A DNA stretch of 64,000 bases. Source: the human T2T-CHM13v2.0 reference genome, Homo sapiens. Below the pieces are notes generated by a model that was given only the letters and a program-made list of their open reading frames with translations, was not told the origin of the DNA and searched no databases. The DNA is taken from the NCBI RefSeq assembly GCF_009914755.1, contig NC_060929.1; one strand, written 5' to 3'. Below are positions 39,929 to 63,650 of the stretch, piece after piece (positions within the stretch are counted from its first letter, which is position 1; each line of letters starts with the position of its first letter). The position numbers and the translations under genes were made by a program.

Positions 39929-40574
39929 TCATTTCATTACACCTACCTGGCTTCCATGTTATATAAATAGCACAAATTCATGAGAAGCACATAACCAATG
40001 AAGTGTCATAGTGCAAGCATATTTTTAGGAAATTATACAAACCTCTGATTTAGCAATATGGATATAGAAGAATCCTATTAGAATATCAAACCGGCTGGGC
40101 GTGGTGGCTTACACCCGTAATCCCAACATTTTGGGAGGCCGAGGCGGGCCGACCACCTGAGGTCAGGAGTTCGAGACCAGCCTGGTGGTGGGCGCCTGTC
40201 ATTCTAGCTACTCAGGAGGCTGAGGAAGGAGAATCTCTTGAACCCAGGAGGCAGAGGTTGCAGTGAGCTGAGATCACATCACTGAACTCCAGTCTGGGAG
40301 ACAGAGCAAGAGTCCGTCTCAAAAAAAAAAAAAAAAAGAATAACAAACTAACACATCTTGAAGTCGAATTCCTTGAAAATTATGGCCTAGAAAGCCTACT
40401 TGGCTGGGCCTGATGCTCACGCCTATAATCCCAGCACTTTGGAAGCCGAGGCAGGTGGATCACCTGAGGTCAGGAGTTTGAGACCAGCCTGACCAACATG
40501 GAGAAACCCCATCTCTATAAAAATACAAAAATTAACTGGGCGTGGTGGCACGCACCTGTAATCCCAGCTACTCA

Positions 40575-40766
<192 letters not shown>

Positions 40767-40920
40767 CTAATAATTGACATTTTAAAGGAAAGACTAAGCC
40801 AAGCTAATACCTAACGAGCTGTCTGAGTCAACACATAAAGTACTGATAACATACCTATCTAACTAGAAAATTGAGGAATCCCAAGGATGTAGGTATTTGC
40901 ATAGTGGGAGCTTCACATAG

Positions 40921-41295
<375 letters not shown>

Positions 41296-41298
41296 TAA

Positions 41299-41466
<168 letters not shown>

Positions 41467-42258
41467 TAGCAAAGACATGTTATCCTTAGTAACTCCTGAA
41501 GAAAGTTACTAGGAGTCCTTAGTGCAATATAAAAATTTACTTACAGAAAAGAAAAAACTGCTGCATTGGTTCATAAGAACCAAGGAAAGCACTTCCAATT
41601 TGGAATCAGTGGGCTGCCCCTTGGGAGGTGCACTCGGAGAACATAAAGCTAACCCCGAGAAGGATGAGGGAGGTGCGTCCTCCAAGATTTTGAAATCTGA
41701 GTGTACAATGTGAGGAGAGGGAGCAGAGGTTGTAAGAGGAGAGGGATGACTCCACAGATCCTTTGAGAGAGAGGAAAGTGATCTACATTTTCTCAGCAAA
41801 AGCAGAGCTATCTTCAGCCAAGTTAGAAAGACTGTGAGGACCAGGGCAGTTTGAGATTTATGAAGTGCCCTTTAAAATTTTTAATTTTTTTAAATTTTTA
41901 TTTATTTATTTATTAAAATTTAAAATTAAACAATTTAAAAACTTTTAAATTTTAAAAATTTAAAAAGTATTTTTGGCTCTTGAGGAATTTTCTGCTGCAT
42001 TAAAGACAAGGGAATATTTACATTTAAATAACAACTCAAGAAATACTAAGGCAGGGCACAGTGGCTCACATCTGTAATTCCTGCATTTATGGGAGGCCAA
42101 GGCAGGAGTTTCGCTTGAGCCAAGAGCTTGAGACCAGTGTGGACAACAGAGCAAGACCTGGCTCTACAAAAAATGTTTTAAAAATATTAGCCAGAGGCCG
42201 GGCGCAGTGGCTCACGCCTGTAATCCCAGCACTTTGGGAGGCTGAGGCGGGTAGATCA

Positions 42259-43490
<1,232 letters not shown>

Positions 43491-43720
43491 ATATTAGCCA
43501 GATGTGGTGGAGCAAGCCTGTAGTCCCAGCTACTCTGGAGGCTGAGGCAGGAGGCAGAAGGATCACTTGAGCCCAGGAGTTCCAGGTTGCAGTGAGCCAT
43601 GATCTCACCACTGCCCTCCAGCCTGGGCAACAGAGCAAGATCCTGTGAAAGAAAGAGAGAAAGAGAGAGAGAGACAGAATGAGAAAGAGAAGGAAGTACT
43701 ATACTTTTACATGTATATAG

Positions 43721-44011
<291 letters not shown>

Positions 44012-44326
44012 TGAGCCACCGCTCCCGGCCCTATCCTTTCTTAAATACTTTCACATAACTCATCTCAGGATTGACAGACCTTGATAGCGCCTTAAATCCT
44101 GGAGAGAGAGAATTCTGAAGAGGCTACAATAGGATGGAATAGTCAGAACATTTTTGAAAAAAAACAGGTAAGACTGCAACCAGGCATGGTGGTTCATGCC
44201 TGTAATACCAGCATTTTGGGAGAACAAGGCGGGAGGATCACTGTAACCCAGGAGTTCAAGGCTGTGGTGAGCTATGATCACACCACGGCCCTCTAGCCTG
44301 GGTGACAGAGTCAGACTCCGTCTCTA

Positions 44327-44941
<615 letters not shown>

Positions 44942-45366
44942 TCATTTAAGTTTACTCTGTTACCTAATATATTAGAAAGTCTTATCTTAAAGTTTTGTTG
45001 TCTTGAATCTTTTCTGTGGGGTCATAATTAAAATAAATCTTCCAACCCCTAAGTAAGTTCATATCTCCTATTGTTCAGGTAAGATAATTTTGAAGTCAAC
45101 AGATTGTTGCTCTCTTACCTGACACAGCTGGGATCAGTAATTAGAATGTCAATTCAAAAAAGTAGATTAAAGCTAAACATCAAAAAGTGACATATGGGTG
45201 CCATAGTTTGTCTTAATTTTTTTTCATTTTTCATTTTTCATTAATTAATTTTTTTTAGAGACAGAGTCTCGCTCTGTTACCCAGGTTGGAGTGCAGTGGT
45301 GTGAACACGGCTCACTGCAGCCTTGACCTTGTGGGATTAAGTGATCCTCCCACCTCAGGATCCTGA

Positions 45367-45534
<168 letters not shown>

Positions 45535-45603
45535 TAGCCAACATTTTTTTTTTCTAAAGCAACATCATTATGAGTCTTTTAACAATTAACTTGATTTTTA
45601 TAG

Positions 45604-45741
<138 letters not shown>

Positions 45742-46033
45742 TGAGTAGCTGGAATTACAGGTGCATGCCACCACACCTGACTAATTTTTGTATTTTTAGT
45801 AGAGACAGGATTTCATCATGTTGGCCTGGCTTGTCTCAAACTCCTGACCTCGTGATGCACCCACCTCCACCTCCCAAAGTGCTGGGATTACAGACATGAG
45901 CCACCGTGCCCAGCCTAGAAACACCTTTCTGTTGGGGTCATCATATTTTATTTTATGTTATTTGTGTGGTTTTTGTTTGTTTGTTTTTATGGCAGGGTCT
46001 CACTCTGTAGCCCAGGCTGGAATGCAGTGGCAT

Positions 46034-46850
46034 TGAGAATTGAAGCCAGCTGGGCTTCTGGGTTGGGTGGGAACTTGGAGAACTTTTCTGTCTAGCTAGA
46101 GGATTGTAAACACACCAATCAGCACTCTGTGTCTAGCTAAAGGTTTGTAAACACACCAATCAGTACTCTAAATATGCACCAATCAGCGCTCTGTGTCTAG
46201 CTAAAGGTTTGTAAATGCACCAATCAACACTCTGTAAAAATGCACCAATCAGTGCTCTGTGACTAGCTAAAGGTTTGTAAACACACCAATCAGCACTCTG
46301 TAAAAATGGACCAATCAGCACTCTGTAAAATGGACCAATTAGCACTCTGTAAAATGGACCAATCAGCAGGACGTTGGCAGGGCCAAATAAGGGAATAAAA
46401 GCTGGCCACCGGAGCCAGCAGCAGCAACCAGTTCGGGTCCCCTTCCAGGCTGTGGAAGGTTTGTTCTTTTGCTCTTCACAATAAATCTTGCTGCTGCTCC
46501 CTCTGGGTCCGCACTACCTTTATGAGTTGTAACACTCACTGCGAAGGTCTGCAGCTTTGCTCCTGAAATCAGTGAGACCACGAACCCACCGGGAGGAACA
46601 AACAACGCTGGATGCGCCACATTTAAGAGCTGTAACACTCACTGCGAAGGTCTGCAGCTTCACTCCTGAAGTCAAGCTAGACCACGAGCCCACCGGAAGG
46701 AAGAAACTCTGGACATATCTGAACATCTGAAGGAACAAACTCCGGACACACTACGTGTAAGAACTGTAACACTCACCACGAGGGTCTGCAGCTTCATTCT
46801 TGAAGTTAGCGAGACCAAGAATCCACCGTAAGGAACCAATTCCGGACACA
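46034..46850 (+). mobile_element. LTR12 (ERV9) solo LTR inside an antisense Alu
   Basis: TGAGAATTGAAGCCAGCTGGGCTTCTGGG start, nine CCAAT-box repeats, repeated TGTAACACTCAC...GGTCTGCAGCTT U5 units, end AATTCCGGACACA, perfect 4-bp TSD GCAT. Confidence 0.93.
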
Positions 46851-46954
46851 GCATGATCTCAGCTCACTGCAACCTCCACTTCCCAGGTTCAAGTGATTCT
46901 CCTGCCTCAGCCTCCTGAGTAGCTGGGTTTACAGGTGCATACGATCATGCCTGA

Positions 46955-47110
<156 letters not shown>

Positions 47111-47394
47111 TAAATAATATTTAATTAAATCATACACATACGTACACACATGTAGTAGCAAGTACAAGTGGGAATAACAGGTTTAGGTACAACACAACTA
47201 TTGCTAACCACCCATCTCCACTATTGAGAGCAGAAGTAGTGTTCTCTAGAAACAGGCCTTCTAGGGTGCTGAGGTCATCATAAGATGCTTAAACTGAGCT
47301 TGTATGTTTCAGAATTAGCTGATATTTTTTAAATGGTCTCTTATTAAGTAAATAACTATCAAATTTCATAAGATATGAATTTGAGGACTGAAAC

Positions 47395-48037
<643 letters not shown>

Positions 48038-48251
48038 TAGTAGAGACGAGGTTTCACCGTGTTAGCCAGGATGGTCTTGATCTCCTGACCTCGTGATGCA
48101 CCCACTTGACCTCCCAAAGTGCTGGGATTACAGGCATGAGCCACTGCGCTGGGCTGAAGAAGGGTGAGTTATAAATGAAAAGCTGCATGTGTGCTCTAAT
48201 AGAAGCTAGACATGCAAAAACCACAGATGCCTCCAGCATAGACCATGCTTT

Positions 48252-48680
48252 TGTTACCATAATAGCAGGTATTCAGTCTAAGTCCTGCTCCTCATAGCAC
48301 AGAAAACCAATCACTGAGACAATGAGTATTGCCAAGGAAGAAAGCTTTAATTGGGTGCTGCAGCTGAAGACATGGGAACTAGTCTCAAATTCATCTCCTG
48401 ACTGACTATAATTAGGGGTTAATCTAGCAGGGAAGAAATGTAACTATGCATGGGAAAACAGGAACTCAACTTGAGAGGGGTAAGGAAGCAATCATGATGA
48501 ATGAAGGGCCTGGTGTCTCATTGTCTGGATGCAACGATCTGGTGAGTTTCAGTTCTTTTTCTTCAGGTACTTTTTGAGAGGCTTTTGAGGGTCCTTTCCT
48601 GAGGAAGGAACTCAGATAATACAAATGTAAGGTTCAAGCTTAAGACCAGAACTGTCTATGGGACTATTGAGTTGGTTTCA
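48252..48680 (-). mobile_element. ERV1-class solo LTR (MER31-like)
   Basis: TGTTACC...CCAATCACTGAGACAATGAGTATTGCC...TTTCCTGAGGAAGGAACTCAGAT...GGTTTCA, with TG...CA ends. Confidence 0.65.
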
Positions 48681-48795
48681 CCTTAGCTATTCTTTAATTC
48701 CCTCCTAAGACCAAGCCCATGGAAGCAGCTTGCCCTTAAATATTGAATGGCTCAACTGCTAGTAGCACTTTATTCTTCCAAACATTTTCACAGAC

Positions 48796-50182
<1,387 letters not shown>

Positions 50183-50246
50183 GAGACATTATTGTGAGTG
50201 GTAAAGGCAGATTAAATGTCTTGCTTAGAATTACACAGCTGCTACT

Positions 50247-51696
50247 TGACTTCAAATTATACTATGAGACTACAGTAACCAAAACAGCATGGTACTGGTA
50301 CCAAAACAGATACATAGACCAATGGAACAGAACAGAGGTCTCAGAAATAACACCACACATCTACAACCATCTGATCTTTGACAAACCTGACAAAAACAAG
50401 CAATGAGAAAAGGATTCCCTATTTAATAAATGGTGCTGGGAAAACTGGCTAGCCATATGGAGAAAACTGAAACTATACCCCTTCCTTATAGCTTATACAA
50501 AAACTAAGTCAAGATGGATTAAAGACTGAAACATAAGACCTAAAACCGTAAAAACCCTAGAAGAAAACCTAGGCAATACCATTCAGGACATAGGCATGGG
50601 CAAAGAGTTCATGACTAAAACACCAAAAACAATTGCAACAAAAGCCAAAATTGAGAAATGGGATCTAATCAAACTAAAGCGCTTCTGCACAGCAAAAGAA
50701 ACTATCATCAGAGTGAACAGGCAATCTACAGAATGGGAGAAAATGTTTGCAATCTATCCATCTGACAAGGTCTAATATCCAGAATCTACAAGGAACTTAA
50801 ACAAATTTACAAGAAAAAAACAAAGAACCCCATCAAAAAGTGGGCAAAGGATATGCACAGACACCTCTCAAAAGAAGACATTTATGCAGTCAACAAACAT
50901 ATGAAAAAAAGCTCATCATCACTGGTCATTAGAGAAATGCAAATCAAAACCACAATAAGATACCATCTCATGGCACATGTATACCCGTTAGAATGGTAAT
51001 CATTAAAAAGTCAGGAAACAACAGATGCTGGAGAGGATGTGGAGAGAAATAGGAATGCTTTCACCCTGTTGGTATGAGTGTAAACTAGTTCAACCATTGT
51101 GGAAGATAGTGTGGCGATTCCTTAAGGATCTAGAACCAGAAATACCATTTGACCCAGCAATCCTGTTACTGGGTATACACCCAAAGGATTATAAATCATT
51201 CTATAAAGACACATGCACATGCATGTTTATTGCAGCACTATTCACTATAGCAAAGACTTAGAACCAACCCGAATTCCCATCAATGATAGACTGGATAAAG
51301 AAAATGTGGCACATATACACCATGGAATACTATGCAGCCATAAAAAAGAATGATTCACGTTGTTTGCAGGGACATGGATGAAGCTGGAAACCAACGTTCT
51401 CAGCAAACTAACACGGGAACAGAAAACCAAACACTGCATATTCTCGCTCATAAGTGGGAGTTGAACAATGAGAATACATGGACACAGGGAGGGGAACGTC
51501 ACATACCAGGGCCTGTAGGGGGGTGGGGGAGAAGGGGAGGGAGAACATTAGGACAAATACCTAATGCATGCGGGTCTTAAAACCTAGATGACGGGTTGAT
51601 GGGTGCAGCAAACCACCATGGCACATGTATACCTATGTAACAAACCTGCATGCTCTGCACATGTATCCCAGAACTTAAAGTATAATTTAAAAAAAC
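50247..51696 (+). mobile_element. 5'-truncated primate L1 (older L1PA), ORF2 C-terminus plus 3' UTR
   Basis: [25 protein letters not shown] and VQPLWK.VWRFLKDLE.EIPFDPAI.LLGI.PK are L1 ORF2 motifs; several stops; degenerate TSD AATTACACAGCTG/AACTACGCAGCTG. Confidence 0.93.
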
Positions 51697-51941
51697 TACG
51701 CAGCTGATTTCTGACAGAGCTGAGTTCATAACTGGATTTCCTTTGGATGTTTCCCTCTTTTCTTCTCTTGTGTTGCCAGAACTGATATCAAAGGGAAGGA
51801 ATACAAGAGAAATATTCAATTTCACTACTTCTTTGATAGTTTGATATGTTGTCCCTAGAAGGCCATGATAATGATATGTTGTCTCTAACTTTCAGGCTAA
51901 TTATAGGTACAGATAATGGGTGGTTATTTGGACTATTTTAA

Positions 51942-52390
<449 letters not shown>

Positions 52391-52486
52391 TGAAGGAAAC
52401 CGCACCTATGTTTTTGTTTCTAAGGCTAATATTTTCCCTTATGTTTGACAATACATTGATGTGCTAAGACTCTGCAGTGAAAATAG

Positions 52487-52668
<182 letters not shown>

Positions 52669-53000
52669 TAGTAGAGACGGGGTTTCTCCATGTTGGTCGG
52701 GCTGATCTTGAACTCCCGACCTCAGGTGATCTGCCCACCTCAGACTCCCAAAGTGCTGAGATTACAGGTGTAAGCCACCATGCCCGGCCTGAAGATAGTT
52801 TCTTAAAGGCAGTGTGGTATATTGGACATAATGTAAGATATACAGTCAAACTGTGTTTGAATCTCAGGTCAATTACTTGTATCCTTGGGTAAGTCAGGTA
52901 AGCTCCATGAGCCTCTGTGTCCTATTAAAAAAAGGGTGATATCACCATCTAGCTACTATACATACTTCACAGGATTGTGGTGAATATAAAATGAGGTAAT

Positions 53001-53780
<780 letters not shown>

Positions 53781-54259
53781 TAATGTTTGTAAAAATACAT
53801 TTGTAAAGTGTTTCGAAGGGCTCCATGAAATTTGCAAACTATAAGTTTTAAATAACTATGAGATTTTTTTTTTTTTCATTTTAAGACAGGGTCTCACTCT
53901 GTCACCCAGGCTGTAGTGCAGTGTCATGATCATAGCTACCTGTAACCCCAAACTCCTGGGCTCAGGGGATCCTCCTACCTCAGCCTTTTGAGTAGCTAGG
54001 ACTACAGGCATGCACCACTACACTTGGCTAAATTTTTTATTTTTATTTTTCATAGAGACTGGTTCTTGCTATGTTGCCTAGGCTGGTCTCAAACTTTTGG
54101 GCTCAAGAGATCCTCTGGCCTATGCCTCTCAAAATTCTGGCATTACAGGCGTGAGCTATCATGCTCAGTCACTATGATTTATTTCAAGAATGAGTATTAA
54201 TTCAGGCATATTCTACTATGTATGACCAATTATGTGGTTTTTACTGCTGTTCACAGATG

Positions 54260-54536
54260 AGATAGCCGGTTTTCCTTCCCTTCCCTTCACATGGAAGACT
54301 GTGGCTGGGTGGGCCATCTGTCTAGTTCTGGCAATTTTTTGTGAATGGAAGTGATTTGCATCACATCTGAGTCAAAGCACTGAGTTTCCAGTGTGAGACC
54401 CTCCAGAGCTTTCTTCTCCTTTCAGATATAGATATATGTGTGTGTGTGTATATATATATGTGTGTGTGTGTGTATATATGTGTATATATGTATATGTATA
54501 TATGTGTATATATGTTTATGTATATATGTATATTAG

Positions 54537-54575
<39 letters not shown>

Positions 54576-54795
54576 CCTGGTAATATTTGAAATGTTTTCT
54601 CTAACAACCTGGGTCCAAGAGTGACAAAAATTATGAAGCAGATACCCTAGCCAACTCTCTCTGGACATGGCCATGAGAAAGAAAGAAAGTTTTGTTGTTC
54701 TAAGACATCAAGATTTGTTGTTCTAAGACGTCAAGATTTGTTGTTCTAAGACATCAAGATTTGTTCCCTCAGCATAACCTAGCCTATCCTAATGA
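54260..54795 (+). mobile_element. Old MLT1 LTR with a TA/TG microsatellite (54427-54573) and a 23-bp triple tandem TTGTTGTTCTAAGACATCAAGAT (54692-54765)
   Basis: GAATGGAAGTGAT...CAGCATAACCTAGCCTATCCTAAT is an MLT1-type end; repeats read directly. Confidence 0.6.
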
Positions 54796-55002
54796 AACCA
54801 CTGTGATTAGCTTGGCCATTTTGGACATGGATGTTTTGGTCTATGTCAGTGAAGGTATATGGAAATGTCTGTTTAGTAAAAGAGACATAAGAAGATAATC
54901 TTGGCAAGTAATAGTCTTATGACTTCCTGCGTGTTTTTCCTTAAGCAAAAGAATGTCATAGGTCAGGTGTAGTAGCTTACACCTGTAATCCCAGCACTTT
55001 GG

Positions 55003-56330
<1,328 letters not shown>

Positions 56331-56373
56331 TCAGCCAGGTGTGGTGGCTCATGCCTGTAGTCCCAGCACTTTA

Positions 56374-56607
<234 letters not shown>

Positions 56608-58570
56608 TTAAAAATAATAATAATAATAATAACAATTTAAATATTTTGACCCCCTGAAGTTAAATCACTTTCTAACTTGTATTACTTCAATCGTGTGTGG
56701 GTCCCTCCACCTAGGTTTTATTCTCTCTGAGGGTGCCCCTCCATCTGATTCCTCTGCCCCTCCTTCTGGGACTTTGCACTTCTGTTACTTTAGCTAAGTA
56801 AATGAATAGTATTCAATGCTTCAGTACTATCCCTAAGTACTTAAGAGTTGAATTATGCTGCTAATGATATTAATGAGAAACTCACTTGCTTTCTGTGTTT
56901 ATTTCTTCAAACGTGTTCCTTATAGTAGCAGTTTAACAAGGAAGTTTTCTTTACTCCTTTCCCCTAGACAAAGGGAAAAAATAACAGGAAACCAACCCAC
57001 AGAAAACAATGAAGATGAATATCAAATATTTGTTCCTTTCTATATAAGAGGAGTTAGGCACAAAATTAGGTCATCATACTAACACTTGAAAGAATCAGAG
57101 TTTCTTTGAGTTTTAAGAATTTCCAGGAGAGAAATTTGGCTGTTTTTATTGAAGTGGAGTTGAAACATAGCTGCTTAACAGAAATTAGTAGATATTATTC
57201 CAAATATCCACAAGCGTCATCTAGAAGCTGCTTTCAAACTTATGATCCAGGAACTTGGTCTGATGCTGCAGGCAGTTAAGTTGCTTTCTTGTTGTGCTTA
57301 CATAGACATTGTACACTGTAAAAAAATAAATAGAAGATGCCACTTATTAAGTACCGTCTATGTGTCACAAACACAGATGTTTTATACAGTTGTCACTGCA
57401 ATATCTTAAATATTATCTTCATTTCATAGACAGGGAAACTAAGTTTCATAGATGTTTAAAACGTGCCCCAGGCCCGGTGCAGTGGCTCATGTCTTAATCC
57501 CAGCACTTTGGGAGGCTGAGGCAGGCAGATCATGAGGTCAGGAGTTCGAGACCAGCCTGGCCAACATGGTGAAACCCTGTCTCCACTAAAAATACAAAAA
57601 TTAGACAGGCGTAGGGGCACATGCCTGTAATGCCAGCTACTCAGGAGGCTGAGGCAGGACAATCACTTGAACCTGGGAGGCGGCGGTTGCAGTAAGCCGA
57701 GACTGCGCCAGTGCACTCCAGCCTGGGCGACAGAGCAAGACTCCATCTCAAACTGGGAAAAAAAAAATAAAGTGCCCCAAAGTATACAGCTAGCAAAAAA
57801 TCAGGATTCAAAAACCCATGTCTTTCTGACCCCCACACCCATGCCATCATAGACTTATTTATTTAGGTACCTGCCTCCTATGCCGAACTGTGAGGTCCTT
57901 ATGTCCACATCACTTACCCTAGTGCTTGGTGCATGAGTATCGAATACTATTGAATACCTTCCAGCTTCCCTTACCCCTTTCATCTTACCTCACTAAATCC
58001 TTTTTTTTTTTTTGAGACAGAGTCTCACTCTTATCGCCCAGGCTGAAGTGCAGTGGTGCAATCTTGGCTCACTACAACCTCTGCTACCTGGGTTCAAGCA
58101 GTTCTTCTGCCTCAGCCTTCCAAATAACTGAGATTACAGGCGCCTGCCACCACGCCTGGCTAATTTTGTAGTTTTAGTAGAGATGAGGCTTCACCATCTT
58201 GGCCAGGCTGGTCTTGAACTCCTGACCTCGTGATCCACCCGCCTTGGCCTCCCAAAGTGCTGGGATTACAGACGTAAGCCACCTTGCCCAGCTACCTCAC
58301 TAAATCTTACCTCACCAAATTTTATGTTTGTATTCACTCTGTACTTCCATTTATGTGAGACAATACATTGCCTTATTATTTAAACTACTTTAAACTTGTT
58401 TTTTGTAGCATTGAGCTGAAATCATCCTGATATAGGAAGCATAGGCAGCTACTAAATATCCATCGAATAATATTTATTTTGTGCCAGGAATAAGGCCATT
58501 TTACATACAACCCTTGCAAGGTGGGTATTACCATCACTTCCATTTAATTTTCATTTAAAAACTTTTTTAT

Positions 58571-58910
58571 TGGGGGTCTCATTATATTGCTCAGGCTGGA
58601 GTGCAGTGGCTATTCACAGGCACTATACCACTACTGATGATTGGCACAGGACATACCACTACTGATGACTGGCACAGGATATACCACTACTGATTAGCAT
58701 GGGAGTTTTCAGCTGGTCCGTTTCCAACCTGGGCCAGTTCACCCCTCCTTAGGCAACCTAGTGGTCCCCACTCCCAGAACATCACCATATTGATGCAGAA
58801 CTTAGTGAGGACACCCAATCAGCCTAGGCTCAAGCGATCCTCCTGCCTCACTCAGCCTTCCTAGTAGATGGGACTACCGGTACCCCCACATAGGCACCAC
58901 TGGGCCTGGC
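58571..58910 (-). pseudogene. 7SL RNA (RN7SL) retropseudogene with an internal triplication
   Basis: Contains the S-domain absent from Alu (CCGTTTCCAACCTGGGCCAGTTCACCCCTCCTTAGGCAACCT...CACCATATTGATGC..AACTTAGTG); degenerate TSD ATCACTTCCA/ATCACCTCCA; inserted into a MIR. Confidence 0.9.
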
Positions 58911-59023
58911 ATCACCTCCACTTTATAAATAAGGAAATTAAGCCTCAGAAGTTTAAGTTATTTATTTAAAGTGTCATAGAGCTGGTAAATACTGAATTTG
59001 GGAATCAAAGTAGAATCTTTTGA

Positions 59024-60850
<1,827 letters not shown>

Positions 60851-60933
60851 TGAGATTACCAGGCGTGAGCCACCACACCCGGCCTTTTCATTTTATTTTT
60901 AATTTTTATGAGTGTATGCCTCATCTTCTAGAC

Positions 60934-61441
60934 GAGTGGTCCCCAACCTTTTTGGCCTAGGAATCGGTTTCGTGGAAGATAATTCTTCCATGGATCAGGG
61001 CAGAGGGGGATGGTTTCAGGATGATTCCAGTGCATTACATTTATTGTGCACTTTATTCGTATTATTATTACATTTTTATATTTAGTGAAATAATTATTTA
61101 ATTCACGATAATATAGAATCAGTGAGAGCCCTGAGCTTATTTTCCTACAACTAGATGGTCCCAAATGGGGGTGATGGGAGAAAGTGACATATCATCAGGC
61201 ATTAGATTATCAGAAGAAGCTGCAACCTAGATCCTTTGCATCCCCAGTTCACCATAGGGTTCATGATTCTATGAGAATCTAATGCTGCTGCTGATCTCTA
61301 ACACACTCGCCAGCCACTTACATCCTGCTGTATAGCCCGGTTCCTGAATTAGCTATTTCCACTGTGCCAGTCCATGGCAGGAGGTGAGAGGCTCGATTCC
61401 TAAGAGGCCATGGTCCGTGGCCTGGGAGTTGGGGACCCCTG
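60934..61441. mobile_element. MER1A (hAT-Charlie) non-autonomous DNA transposon
   Basis: TIRs GAGTGGTCCCCAAC / GTTGGGGACCCCTG; 8-bp TSD TTCTAGAC/TCCTAGAC of the NTCTAGAN Charlie type. Confidence 0.9.
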
Positions 61442-61925
61442 TCCTAGACTATGTGAAGGAAGAGTGCTGTACAAAAACATATGCTTTAAGCCCGTTGTGA
61501 TGGCTCACACCTGTAATCCCAGTGCTTTGGGAGACTGAGGAGAGAGGACTGCTTGAGCCCAGGAGTTTGAGACCAGCCTGGGCAACTTAGGGAGACCTCA
61601 TCTCTACAAAACATTTTAAAACTTAGCTGGACATGGTGAGATGGGAGGATTGCTTGAGCTTAGGATTTCAAGGTTGCAGTGAGCTATGATTGCGGCACTG
61701 CGCTCCAGCCTGGGCAACTGAGCAAGACTCTGTCTTAAAAAACAAAAAAACAAAAAGTATGCTTTGATTTCTTCCTGTATCATCTACTGTCCTTAGTAAA
61801 TAAAAAAGTAACACATCTATTATGGAGGGGAGGGCATTGGTTGACTCATTAAAGGCAAAATAGAAAGAACATATATCACAAGAAGGAAAATTATGTCATG
61901 AAAAGTCAATATTTTAATGATTTAG

Positions 61926-62153
<228 letters not shown>

Positions 62154-62309
62154 TAGCCAGGATGGTCTCAATCTCCTGACCTCGTGATCCACCTGCCTCG
62201 GCCTCCCAAAGTGCTGGGATTACAGGCGTGAGCCACCATGCCCGGCCTACACTTAAAAATTTTTAAAAATTCCCCTGATAGTATTAAATAGTATTGATGT
62301 TAATAGTTG

Positions 62310-63650
62310 ATAGTATTGGAAAATAACCATAATGCAACAACCAATGCAATGATGGATCAGCAATGGACACTGAAAGCTTTCATTGGATGAAAGGTTGTTG
62401 GGGAATAAGAGAGTCACACAGAATCAAAGCACGGCTCCATGGAATACTTACAAATTACAAAGAGAAAAGAGAGATCTGGAGAGTACACCCTGAACCAAGC
62501 ATTCAAACTTATCATCACCCATCCTGGGACAATTTGATAGTGATAGCCTCCTGATGTAATGCTCTATGAGGTCCACAACATCACCTGTGTAGTATTTTTG
62601 CCAAAATGTTTCCTTTAAATCTAATAATGAGGAAGGAAAATACAAATCCTGGTTGTGAGACATGCAACAGGACAACTGGACCAGATTCTTTAAAAATGGC
62701 AGTGTCATGAAAGACAAAAATGGCAATGGAACTGTTCAAGATTTAAGGAGACTTACATTTTGGGAGGTTGAGGTGGGCAGATCACTTGACGTCAGGAGTT
62801 TGGGACTAGCCATGAGGTCAGGCCAACATGGTAAAACCCTGTCTCTACTAAAAATACAAAAATTAGCCGGACCTGGTGGCAGGTGCCTGTAGTCCCAGCT
62901 CCTCAGGGGGCTGAGGTGCAAGAATTGCTTGAACCGGGGAGACAGAGGTTGCAGTGAGCTGAGATTGTGCCACTGCATCCCAGCCTGGGTGACAGAGCAA
63001 GACCCAGTCTCAAAAAAAGAAAAAACAAAGGCATGATGGTGAGATGTGAGGATGATCCTTGATTGGTTCCTGGATTTTAAAAAAGAACACATATATATAT
63101 GTATAGAAGATATAGAAGATATTTTTGGAACAATTAGAACAATGTAAATATAATCTATATTAATGTTTGCTTGGAGATGTGTTCATGATATGGTAGTTGT
63201 ACAGAAGTATGTCTTGATTCTTAGGAGATACATGCTGAAGTATTTAGGGTAAGGTATTATTATACCTAAAAGTTAATTTTAGAAAGCTGAACAAAAAAGT
63301 ATAAATGTTAGAGTATAAATGGTTGGGCAAAAAAAGTATACCATGGGCCAGGAGCGGTGGCTCACGCCTGTAATCCCAGCACTTTGTGAGGCCGAGGTGG
63401 GTAGATTGCTTGAGCCCAGGAGTTCAAGACCAGCTTGGGCAACATGGCAAAACCCTGTCTCTACCAAAAATACAAAAATTAGCCAATATCATAACCCGGT
63501 CTCAAAATAAATAATAAAAATGTAAAAAATAAAACATTATACTATGTATACTTTTTATGTATATGTGTGAGAGAAAAAACAAATGTGGGCAGTGTTAACG
63601 ATTGGTGAATTTAGGTGAAGGATATAATTCATTGTACTATTTCTCAACTT
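62310..63650 (+). mobile_element. Old L1M 3'-end fragments interrupted by Alus
   Basis: TTGATTGGTTCCTGG...GATATTTTTGGAACAATT...AGGAGATACATGCTGAAGTATTTAGGG...GGTGAATTTAGGTGAAGG are typical L1MD/ME motifs. Confidence 0.65.

Noticed and set aside
46100-46370. Repeated CCAATCAGCACTCTG units as a novel repeat system
   Set aside because: Normal U3 tandem repeats of LTR12.
50194-51580. L1 ORF2 fragments as an active element
   Set aside because: 5'-truncated to about 1.45 kb, with stops and indels.
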